DNA of 64,000 nt, from the NCBI RefSeq assembly GCF_041146345.1, contig NW_027191417.1, positions 496,001 through 560,000 of the forward strand, in the 5' to 3' direction. A program made the position numbers and the translations under genes. The stretch comes from Neodothiora populina. Taxonomy: Eukaryota. The notes under the pieces are model-generated. The model saw nothing but the letters and a program-made list of their open reading frames with translations, made no database searches and was not told the DNA's origin. This document shows, piece after piece, positions 35,765-47,247 of this stretch (its first letter is position 1; every line of letters begins with the position of its first letter).

Positions 35765-36462
35765 TGGAGAAGGGACGCGCGGCTTCACGTCTCTTGCTGA
35801 GCCATCATCAGTCTTACGCCGAAAGGTTTCCTCTCCATGGAACCAGACAATGAGGGTTAGGAAAGGGGTTGGACACCTGGCTTCACGTGTCTGTCATAGA
35901 CATATCAGCCTTTCACCAAAAGAGTCCCTCCCCTTGGCCCTCAAAATCTTACCAGAGGCACGAGCAGTGTCAGAGGACCAAACATCCGGTCTCTCACTAC
36001 AATCGTATAGCAAGGGTTAGGAAAGGGGTCGGGCGGCTTCATGTGTCTACAAAAGACATATCACCAGCCTTCCACCTAAAAGGCCCCTCCCCTTGGCCCC
36101 CAAGCTCACGCCCATGACCAAAGAAAGAAAAAGGTCAAACGCAATCAGAAGGTCTTTCCACGAGACACCTCCACATGGATATGGGCAATGACGGGTTAGT
36201 AAAGGGGTTAGGCGGCTTCACGTGTCTACAACAGACATATCACCAGCCTTCCACCGAAAAGGTCTCTCCCCTAGGCCCCTCAGCCCGCGAACAAGAAAAG
36301 CGACCCAAAAAGGTCACCAACACACCAGACCACGTTCAACAAGTGGAAAAAGACTTGAGGAAGTAAGGGAACAGAAAAGGGGTTGGCCGGCTTCACGTGT
36401 CTGCAAGAACAGACATATCATCAGCCTCCACCAAAAAGGTCCCTCTCCTTCCCTGAACCCTC
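35765..36462 (-). repeat. Array of five ~90-nt structured units with unrelated spacers (putative ncRNA motif)
   Basis: Plus-strand core GGCTTCAYGT at 35781, 35879, 36035, 36214 and 36389, each followed by a hairpin, ATCA(YCA)GCC and ACC-A-rich-GGT. Confidence 0.85.
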
Positions 36463-36779
36463 GCAAAGCGAAAAATCGAAGAACCCCACCGGCCATTGAT
36501 CAAAGATCTCTGTGTCGATGAACAAAGGGGACACAATCGATTCACTTTGCAAAAAGAAAAAGAAAAAAAAACCCCCCGATCAACCAAGAAGATCGGTGAA
36601 CATCAAAACGTTCAAGACAAAGAAAATGAGTAGATAGTACTATATAGTCGAACGATGGAACGGTGGACGAGCGATGGTATTGCAAAGGGATCTTGACGTT
36701 GATGGTTTTCCTTTTTTCTTTTGCGGTCTTGTCTTCCTTGCTTGCTTTTTTTTCTTTCTTCTGTCTTTTTTTTCTCCTT

Positions 36780-37400
36780 TCTCGCTGTAATTTTTCTCTC
36801 ACCAGTTGTTTCTTCTCACTGGGTTTTCTTATTTCGCTGCATTTCTTCTATTTCCTGGTTCTGCTCTTTCTTTTGTCATTTTTCTCCTCTCTCACTGTAT
36901 CTTTTCTCTGACCAGTTGTTTCTTCTCACTGGGTTTTCTCTCTTCGTTGTATCCTTTCTCTCACCTGTCGTCTCCTCTTACTGGGTTTTCTCCTTTGGCC
37001 GTATCTCTTTTCTTACCAGTTTTCTCTTTCCTCCTGGTTTTCCATTTTTCTCACTGTACTTTTCTTCTCACCAGTTGTTTCTTCTCACTGGGTTCTCTCT
37101 TCTTGCTGTATCCTTTTCTCTTACCAGTTGTCTTTTCTCACTGGATCTTCTCTCCTCGCTGTATCTTTCTCTTGCTGGTTCATTCTCTTCTCGCTGTATT
37201 TTCTCTTTTCACCGGTCATGCTCTTCCTGATGTATTTCTCTTCTTGTCGGTTATCTCTCTTATTACTGTATCCCTTTCCTCGTCGGTTGTCTCTTCTTTT
37301 GCTGTACTTTCTCTCCTCACCGGTCGTCTCTCTTTCTTCTGCATCTCTGTTCTGGCTGTTTATCTACCTTTTCACGGCTTGTCTCTTTCTACTGCTTGGT
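36780..37400. repeat. Pyrimidine-rich ~52-bp tandem repeat (three ~17-bp subunits) that decays rightwards
   Basis: ACCAGT/ACCTGT at 36801, 36911, 36963, 37015, 37070, 37123; unit CTGTA-Yn-ACCAGTTGTTTCTTCTCACTGGG-Yn. Confidence 0.85.
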
Positions 37401-37926
37401 TCTTTTCTTGTTGCTGCTGCTGCTTCTCCCTCTCTTCTCATGGCTTGTCTTCTACTACTTGTCTCTCTTCACTCTGGCTCTCCAGTTGTTTGTTTTCAAA
37501 TTCAGTTTCATCATTTATTTCTCTCTCAAGTCTCTATTATATTCCTCAGATCGCATAGCATGGGATCGTGGCGGTTTTTGTGGTTCTTGTTTTCGGGTAG
37601 TCTGTATGCCGATTGATTGAAGGCGGACGCTTGTGGAGCTTCTCGATGCCTGCTGTATATACTCTGAGTCTAGCTACCAGAGCAGACTTAGCCGAGATCA
37701 TGTATTTGCTTGAAGTCTAGCTACTAGAGCAGACTTGATCGAGGACGTTGATTCCTCCGGCCTATTGAGCTTGATCAACGAAATGGATTCTTCTGCCAAT
37801 CTATCCGACTTGATCCATTGAGTTGTTGCTGTGATATACAAGTTCTGGATTTCGACGATACGAACCTCCTACAAGTTCTGATCCTGTACACCGCGACCAA
37901 AACCTAGCGACATCTCCACTAGACCA

Positions 37927-39074
37927 TCATGTCTCCAACCCTCCCACAGCAGTCCCCTTCCTCCCTTCCTCCCTCTCATCCTCAATCCTCATCCTCAACC
38001 TTACAGCCTCCCACCCTCTCCTCACAACATCACTCATAACCCCACCTCCCAAGCGCCTGCAAGCCTCCGCAACCGGCACCAAAGCACTCTGATACAGCAA
38101 TTCCTCCTCGTCGACGCCCGTACCTTCATATTTCCTAGGTTCATAAACCGACTCACTACCATCTACAGAAGAAGAAATTGAATCGAGCGCGATCCGCTGC
38201 CTCAGCGTCATATTCCTCGGAAACCGAGGCGGGGGAATATAGCGCCTCCTACTCCCTGAGTCCGACGAAGCGCTCTTCTCATCAACGCCCGACGTCTGAA
38301 GAGAAGAAGAAGCAAGGTCCGAAGAGAGATTCAGCGCGTCCTCGTCGTCCTTACAGAGAGTCTCGGCCACGTACCAGTGCAGGATATACTGTGCGGAGCG
38401 CGACTGCGGCACGAGCTGGGTCCAGAGGGGCTCGGTGTCGAAGGAGTGGATCGCGGCTTCTGGGGAGAGCTCGTCCGGGTAGGGTTGTCTGTGGGGGATC
38501 GGCAGGGGGAGGAGGCGGTTGCGGTAGCCGGACTTTTGGGGCATCAGCTCGGGCGTCTGGGCTGTGGGTTTGAGGAAGATGCAAGACATGGGATTGACGG
38601 CGTGGGTTTATGGGATTAGAACAAGACTCGAAGGTACTGTTTTTGGGCAGGGGTATATGTTCTGCAGTGCTTTACGATGGCGGGAATGCAAACTGGTTTG
38701 AGAAAATGAAGAATAGTGGCAAGACTACTCCTTTGACATTCACAAAACCAGACACAACCCTCACGACTACAACAACATATCTAAAAGAGAAATGGAAAAG
38801 AAGATAAGAAAAAGCCGCTCACCTCCTCAAACCCCTCCCTCACAGCAGCGCACCCGGCCTCCTCACTAGCATTTCTCCGTCCCTTCGGCAAGAACCAGTA
38901 CCCATCTCTCGAATGCCAGCAGAGTACCACACGCTCACTGGCGAGGTGGAAAGTGGCTACTCCGGCGCCTATGGTCAAGTTCTCACTTGCGAAGTTGGCG
39001 TATACTGGGGCGCTTGAGTGGGGATGAGATGGTTTGTGCGGTTTGTTGTTATGTGGTAGGCTTGAGGATGACAT
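37927..39074 (-). CDS. Nudix hydrolase
   Basis: Spliced Nudix box WFLPKG-RRNAS-E-EAGCAAV-REGFEE|SG across intron 38533-38822; downstream HRQP, TEPLW, QYILHWYVAET. Confidence 0.85.
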
Positions 39075-41483
39075 TGTTTTTGGGGGTAGATCTGGATCCG
39101 AGATGTGCCTATAGAGGATATTATGGGCTGAGAGCTAGAGAGATCGGTGGTATTCCTGTTTTGGGTAAATATGAATTATCACTTTCCATGTCTATACATG
39201 ATGGTTGTTGTGATGTGACCTCTGTCATGCTTGCAAAGCGTTGTTGGTTAGGATTGGCTTGGCTGTTCTGTGGACGGAGGGCGACCCTGTCTTCTATGAT
39301 GGTACTAGACTGCTTTACATTTACTATATATTATTGTGCCTACATTGATCCCACAACAAAAATCCAGCCCCTGAATTAAGACTGCACGCTTGACATGCCG
39401 TCGTAAAAGTCATGAAACACCATGTTTCTGCTACCAGGCTGTGTGTGATTCACTCCTTGGGGTCTCAAAAATAGTCGTAGTTAAATCACTATCAAGGTCG
39501 TAACAGGAACCGAAGGCGAGACGGATAGCTACGTAGGAGAGTACAAGTACATTCAAGCTATATTGTTCTACATGAAGATCTACCGCAACCTAAAGTACTC
39601 TATCTAACAGCAAAGGGATCTAGAATAGCACAAGTAGTAGCCTCGAGACGGTAATACTATATACTTTGGAGAAAAGTGTTATTTTTTTGCAATTGTCTCG
39701 TGTACAGTGGAGCATTAGCGTTCGCGGTATCTCGGTTCCTACAATGAGTGCACTCCCGAAGCTAAGACTGATCGACATTTACGGAAGACATGGCACTCAA
39801 CCTTAGCCTGTGTGATGATAGTAGCAGTGGTGAGGGTCATATCGCTTGGAAGTAGATAGGCAGAGCGCGGAGTAATCTGAACACATGGATACCGCATCCG
39901 TCGGTGGTGAGAGGATTGAAGCTATCAGACTAGGAGGGTGGAAACGAGTCATTTTACGGAAGACGTGATAGTACGCTGAAGCTACGTGCTGCCTGCCGAA
40001 TATCCAGAGTACGAGATCCTCAGGCGTACATTGTAAGTGATATGACCCACGCGGCTCCTACTGTACCGTAGTCAAACCGCGTTATAACCGCCTTATCTCG
40101 GCCGAGTCTTGATAGTAGAGCTCGTTCTCATCCTTCATGGCATCTAAAGGTGTTTCACAGTGGCCATTGGCGGATGTAACATGCCGAATGCTATGCTGTG
40201 ATAGCGTTTGAAGCCAGAGAAGCCGTGTATGAACCTAGTAGTGTATCTCTCTGCACACCCCTCCTCTCCACGTGGTACGATACGATCGCATGCAGCCAAA
40301 CCTCCAACCGAGACGGTGCTAGGATTGTAAGAATCTAGCAGATTGATTGAGAGTAATAGCATAGACAGTAGTGGCAGTCAGTATGCACAACCGGGATATA
40401 TAGTGGGGGGTTTGACGAGGTACGGGGTAATTGATACGGGCCATGTTCGTCACCCTGACATGCCATCATGCCATGCCGCCTCCAGCCTTAGCATTGTGAT
40501 ACAGCACACGCTGGTACGGTATCTGACGCGCAAGTGGACTGGCAAAAGCAATGGAAGAGAGCAGTTCGACCACGCGTCCAGGGCGGGTAAGGTATAATTA
40601 AAGATCGACGTCAGAGCTCCGAAGCTCTTTCCTCTACAAGCCGGCTCGCGAAAAAGCCCAAGCAACAAGCAGAAAAAGCAACTGCCATGAAGCACTTGGA
40701 GGCTCTGCTAAACTGTTCCCCGTTGATTCCCCGGTGGGGGTTTGGCAGTGCTTCAAAAGAACGTCTGCACCCCGTCCAGTGAGCAAATGTGATTGACTGC
40801 CAGAAGTTCGTTCCATCGTCCATGTGAAGCCTCGATCTCCCGAGCCAGACCGAGTCCACAATTCTTCATTTTTGGAAAATCATAAAACACATGTATACAG
40901 CAAGTTGCATGGCGACATCTCCTCTACTACAAAATGGCTTGGTTTCATATTCAGATCTCTAAGATCGATGACGTTGGATCTCATACTATTCATATCGTTG
41001 GGGGGTGTTTGGTGAAGACAAGAAGGGTGTAGGTGACAAAGTGGAAGATAGCAGATAATGAGGGGGCTTCCCGTCCTCGTTCTGTGGCTTGCCAATATGC
41101 TAATACAACAGGTGGAGGCGGGAGAACTAGACATTGGTAGAGGGAAAGAAAGAAAAAGGCTTGGGAAGGAACGTTCAAAAAAACTCGACGCGCGAGATGC
41201 AACAACCTTGGCTTCAACCTCGTGGGACTCGCGGCCGAAATCGGCTCGTAGTTCGGATTCTTTCGACTGCTATCCCACTCATCGGTACCATTGGAAGGCC
41301 TGCGGAGTTCTGGTGATGCTGATGGAACGAACAAGTGAACCGTATCGGTCCTTTGATACACTGAGAAAGTGAAACAGATCAGGTGGTTGGTCAATGGAAA
41401 AAAGGAAAAAAGAGGAGCAGAAGTGCAGGTCGGGATGTTCATGGATCAATGGAGGGGAGGGGAGCGACTTCAGGTCAAGCAGC

Positions 41484-42739
41484 CTATTCCTCCATGTTCC
41501 CAAAAACGCCCTCATCGGCCTCGTCGATCCTCCGGATGTCTTTGTCGTCTTCTTCGGAATAGGAGTCTTCCTCCATGTCGACGTCTTCTTGAAAACGTCT
41601 GGACGACATCTTGGACAAAGAGCTCTGTTGATACGAGGCGCCAGAGAGTGCGCGGTATTGCTGAGGTAGCTCGGGAACGGGAGGGACATCAGAGGCAAGA
41701 GAAAGAGGGCCGGTTAAGGGCGACTTGTAGCTGCTTGCGCAGTTCAACAAGCCCATGGCAGCAGCCATATCCTGGTCACGCTCATCGTTGGGGTAACTTT
41801 GAGTGACAGAAGTCTGAGCGGTGGGAGGCCTGCTACTGGAAACACTGGACTGCCTCGCACGGGCATTGCTGATCTCGGAGTAATTTGACTGGTATGAAGG
41901 AGAAAGGAAGCTGCTGCCGTTGCTGAAGTTCTTGCGATGGCCGAAGGAAGAGGCCTCGTGCTGCGGAGGCGGGGTCGTCTCGGCAGAGCTGGGCTCGTCC
42001 TCTCGGGAGTCGAAGCCATCGGCGTCGGGCGAGGCAGATGAGTTCTCGCTGTCGCTCATCTTGCCCGAGTCACTGGTAGGCTCGACGTTCATGGCCATGA
42101 GCACGGAGGCGGCCTCGAGCAGCTGGACCTGCTGATGCTTCGAGATCAAGAGCTTGGACGTCAACTGCCATTCCGGAGTGTGTTCCCAGCTGCAGAAAGA
42201 GTCAGTAAGAGATGGGCCACGTTGATGCGATGGCACAATACTGACAGATGTTTGGTCAGACAACTGCTATGCTTGTATCCCTTGCCGCACGTCTCGCACT
42301 TGAGATCAGGGTGTGCCGACTTTTTCTTGACCAGAGCGGGTGCATCGCTGGCACGACGACCCCGGCCGCCCTTGACGCTGGACTTGTCGTTGAGCCCGTC
42401 GGAGAGTGTGCTCGATGCCTTGTTGGGGTATGAAGTGGCCGCTGATTGCTGAGGAAGACTGCTAGGAGGCGAAGGATAGCTGCCTCGGGTCAGAGAGCCG
42501 AGATTGTTTACTGACGAAATGCTTCTCCTGTTCCTCGAAGCGTCGATCTCGCCGTTGGCGTCTATGTTGATGGCAGCCGAGATGGCGGCGGCGCTGGTGG
42601 CAGCGTTGAGCGTCGTGCTCTTCCTTCGAGTGACACGATGAGTGGGGTTGTAGGACCCCGAGCCGAGGGCGAGCGAGTGTGTGTGAGGATGCGAGTGGTT
42701 GCGCGAGTATGAGTTGCGGGCAGGAAGACTCGAAGCCAT
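41484..42739 (-). CDS. C2H2 zinc-finger protein / transcription factor
   Basis: LKCETCGKGYKHSSCLTKHL|WEHTPEW..TSKLLISKHQQVQLLEAASVL across intron 42190-42245. Confidence 0.88.
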
Positions 42740-45700
42740 GGAGGATGTGGAAGCGCGGTGTTGGTTGGACGGTCGAGAAGCGTCCTAATTATTTTGTCAA
42801 TTGATCGGCCTCGAAAGGGTACCCGAGTGGGGAACGATCAGATAAGAGGGCGGAGGAGGGAGTTGTTGTAGAAAAAGGGTGAAAGCAAGGTAGTCGGAAA
42901 GACAGGAGGCAGCAGCAAGTGTGAACATGTAATCGCAGCAGCCGATGGAATTATTGGTGGTGATGAGGATGATGATGGTGATGGTGGTTGTGGTGATGAC
43001 TGGACGGTCAGATTTACTTACTTTGGCGATAGTCATTGTGGGAGATAAAGCCGGCTGAGTGTTCAGCAAGGCAGGAGCAGAGAGTAATGTTGGGGTTGGA
43101 TCGCTTTGTTGTTACTCACTCAATCACTCAGCGATAAAGAGAAAGAGAGAGAGAGAGAGAGGGGGAGATGGTAGAGTCGATGCGCAGCTGCAACAAAGAG
43201 ACAGAAGCGACCAAGAAATTGTTTTGGTTGTGGAGGTGGTAGCGATAGCTGACTGGACCGTTGCCTTGTGCTGGTTGCAATTGCACAGCCTCGCCTATGA
43301 GTACTCCGAAGTCCCGTGGTTCCGGTAGCGCTTGCGTGAGGGTGGGTGAACGAGGTGGGAGACAAGACAGTGAGAGCGTGGTTGGTCAGGGGCGCTTGGA
43401 GCTGTTGCTAGAAAACAGACTGCAGGACAGTTCAATGTTCGGTTGAGTGAGAGTCGAAAGAAGTCTGTCAGACGGAGAAAGAAAAGTTACACTGAGTACA
43501 GCAGACAGGCTGGAAAGGAGGAGATGGGAAATAATGTTGCGAGAGATAATGTTAGAAACGGGCGGGAGAGCCGAGTATCGCGCGCATCGAGCACTACTGG
43601 GCCTACCACTAACCACTTCTTAGAATACAACTAGGACTACTCTAAGACTACGACCGAACGACTAAGGGCATACTGGGTGGGGTCAATTGCGCCGCATCAC
43701 ACTCTCACAACTCTCCAAACTTGGCCCACTTCGACCAATCACAGACCCCTGTGGCCTGTGAGCTGTTGGCCCCGTTCCTAGTCTGCCATCTGCCACCTGC
43801 CACTCCTCCCATCGAGAAAGGCATTGATATTGTCATTATATCCTTGTGTGTTACCCTTTCATAATCTATTCCTGTTCCTGGTTTTTCTTCTTGCCCCTAC
43901 TTGTGCTGGCTCTTGACTCTATTGCTCACGACGTAATTGCTCCGCTCTTCCAACATCCGAGAGTCGAGCTCGGGCCCGCCGTGGCTCAGTCGCTCCCCTA
44001 TGTCAGTCGCATCGTCAGTGAATATGACACCAGCGCACTGCATTCCGTGGGAGCCCATTGACCAGTCGCCATTGACTTGACGTTGTACATGTTTACTGCT
44101 GTGGTGCCCTTGTCGGTCCCACAAAATACCCTAGCCCATATTGAATGTTATTGCACAGAAACCACTCACGTCAGTGAGATGACGAAGTCCTGCAATGTGC
44201 CTCACTCTTGCTGATGCTGTGCTGCCTCACGTTCCCGTTACCACTACAAAACTCCTGACCCCGTGGTCTCTTTTGTCACGCAAGCAAAGCGTCTAGACAC
44301 ATTGCCATTTCCCTTTCCCCCTCTTTGGCGAGCCGACATGCAGGGCTCTGTTGACCCATCTCTCGTGCCGTACGGGAAGTACTGCTTCAAAAGTACATAC
44401 ATAATAATTCATGCATGCATGCATACCAGCTCGATGATCTGTGGACCATCCCGTCTATCCTGCCGACTTGTTCATTGGCTGCCTTGACGATGCCTGCAGT
44501 CGAGGGTCTAGGCATGTTCCGTTGTGTCTCATGATGGACCTTCTCCCCCTCCCGGCTGACCCCTCCAGGCAACTTTTTTTCTCTATTTGACTTTACTCCA
44601 CGGGTACCTGAATTCTTGTCTTTGTCTAGCCTCGGGTCCACGAGGTCTTGTCTGCCACTGTGACGAATACTGTTGCGGCGCCGCATTGACTTTCGGTCAC
44701 GAACAACAATATCAATAGCGAAAACAGGTACGCCGATTCCCTGAAAACCAGAAAAGGGTCATTGGATCCACTCCTTTCAAAAAGTGTAGCAGGTATGCAA
44801 GTTCACATTCGGATAATGCCTCCGCCATTGGCATCATAGGCGTGGAGCACAAGCCTTCGAACCCCATTGCCTAGTCCTTAGCTCCTATATTCTCCACAAT
44901 CTTTTGAACCCGGCCGAACCTGATCACCAGTTAGGCCGCCCAGATTCGGCGGCGTATCTCTTACTGTTATCTCACTTTGTTGACAGACTCCAGGACGGAA
45001 CATGGTTATACAGCTCATTTGTTGTGTTGAACTTGCGAAAATTTGTCCCTCTGTGCACATGCCTCGCATTGACATTGTCCATGTTGTTCCGAGCTCGCTG
45101 ATCAAATAGTGTGACGACGAATAATTTTGACACGTGTACACGCCTGACCTCACCTCAGGATCGCGATCGAGATAACGCCCGCCAAGCTAGGACCCACGCT
45201 TTCCCAGAACCGCTGAACAGTGCTACGCAATCCGCCTATTCGAGCACGCAACAAGTCGAACAAGGAACAGCACCGTACGATACAGTACAAGGCCGATTGT
45301 ATCCGTATCGTTGGTTTCTCAGAGAACTCGTTCCCGTCAACGACTGCCGCAAACAACCCATGTTCTTGACGGGAACTGCTGCTTAGACTGTTTCACAGCG
45401 ACGACTTTCCTATCAAGCTGTGCCCGCATTTGTCGGCGGCACATGATAAGGGCAAAGTCACCCGCCATGGTCCGAAGCCGGCTCAGCGTCACGGAGTCGA
45501 CCTTGTCCAGTCTTCCGTTCGGCTCAAAGTGGAGACCAAATAATCGGCCTTGATAAACCGAAATCCAGAAATAAAAGTCCAGTAAAAATACACAATAAAA
45601 TCCAGAACATCGCCGTGCATCCTTCTTTGTTGTTTCCTCCGACATTAATCTTGAGACTCGTCAAGTAGGTTGTGGCCTAGCATGTATTGACCTTGTGGGC

Positions 45701-47247
45701 AACTTTAGCAGCAAATTTGCAACTTTGTGTGATCAATTGGAGCCGAGCTCAAGTCATCTAAGAAAGAAGCCACCGATAACACTCCCGCTGCGATGATGGA
45801 CATCGTCCAGCTGCTCACAGAGAGATAGGCCCTACCTCTCGAAGAAGTGCGGATACTTTACTCCATCAGAAGTTAGGAGACAAGTTCACCAGTGAACAAA
45901 TCCACGTTATAGTGGGCCATTTGGAAGAATCAGGTGACCAAGCAACGTGCCTGCTAACCTTTTTCCACCGTGCCTCTTGTTGCAGTAATTCCGAAGAATA
46001 CCATGTCTTGTTATGTACAATATAAGCGCCAGCACTATTGGAGTTTGGAAGTCGAGGGTACAAGTTCAGCCTGATGCATGTCATTTGTGGGGTGGGTATT
46101 AAGGTTGACTAGAAGCGCACCTCTGCCGTCCGCAGCAGCACGCAACATGCTCCCCTCATGGATTCCACAGCGATAAGTCAGAGACGTGGCCCCCACCGTT
46201 TGATCTAGCAGCGATCTTGGACCTTCCCCTATCTGCTTGGATCGCATCCACCGCGCTGAACTTGGCATGTCAAGACACTCGTATCGCCACTGTGGCGCAC
46301 CTAGATGGCAGCGGACCCGTGTCTATCATTCATGCTGATGCTGCAACGCCTTGGGGTACCACTACTTGTATTGTCGATGTGGATCAGCGTTGGTTCGACA
46401 AGACACTGGAGATGACAGATGTCCATCCTCATCGACACATGTGTGTGGGTTCTAGATCTTGTCTCTACGGAAAATTAAATATCCGTACCTGGGCAATGGA
46501 TAACATCCGCAAGAGACTTGTCCGAGACCAGGTAGGCACAGAGCCATCGAAAGGCTCAAAAGTGGATTTGTGTCTGATTATCGCTCTAACCATAGATCGT
46601 AAGTGCATTCTGGTCTCCCCGGAGGACTCGGATTGATCGATTGTACTCCAATCAGTAACACCGCGCAGCAAAGTCCGACCGCAATCTTTTCATGTCTCAT
46701 ACAGTATATGGAACGACGAATGTGGTGTGGATTGCGCCTTGGCTGCCTTATCTTGATGCAATTGTCCCCCACATCGAGTGAATTACCAGAAGAGTGCTGA
46801 TGAGCACCTCAGCCAGGAAGAGGTACCAGCATCACATCAGCCAAACTAATTGAGGTAAGGTATGGCAAGGCCGACCTCGCCGTTGCCAGAACTTGTGTGT
46901 TGTGCATGCCTGACTGTTGTGTACTGCGGCTTAGTTTGTTACTGTGCATACCTTACTTGATCTTAGGTACTACTACTGTACCCCAAGTATAAGCTAAGTG
47001 CTCAGAGTCAGCGTCCGGAAAAGGATGAAAGATGCCTGACTAAGGTACCTGCAGTAAGGTAAGCAAGGCCAAAACACATGACATCATCGCAGCAACGAAC
47101 GACGTGTTGGTGAGAAACTTCTGGTGTGTGTTTTGTGTTTTGTCGTATGCACATTATCCAATCCAAGCACCTCCTCTACTGCATTAACATCAACAGCCGG
47201 TCTAGTGTGGGTCTGTAACTAGTGATTGTGGAGGTTATACACCAGCG

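Noticed and set aside
35850..36215. Telomerase RNA (template-like CCTAACCCT on the minus strand)
   Set aside because: The motif is repeated, sits inside predicted stems, and does not give the UAACCCUAA template. I could not see a pseudoknot. An Infernal search would settle it.
36245..36275. Glycine-riboswitch-like GGAGAG-hairpin-GAAGG
   Set aside because: Present in one copy only, and the downstream CTCTCAGG core is missing
36385..36430. Hammerhead ribozyme or SECIS reading of CTGATGA..stem..TGAAG
   Set aside because: There is no GAAA/stem III/UH core, and the flanks pair directly with each other. The helix is too short and lacks the apical AA of a SECIS.
35765..36462. Array B as a CRISPR array
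   Set aside because: The genome is eukaryotic, no cas genes are present, and the units are ~90 nt, diverged and irregularly spaced
36721..37620. Overlapping 160-250 aa Phe/Leu/Ser-rich ORFs
   Set aside because: An artefact of C/T-rich repeats that lack stop codons; all three frames are open and the unit length is not a constant multiple of 3
29300..37900. The island as a transposon or Starship element
   Set aside because: No transposase, RT, integrase or tyrosine-recombinase ORF, and no terminal repeats or target-site duplication found by eye
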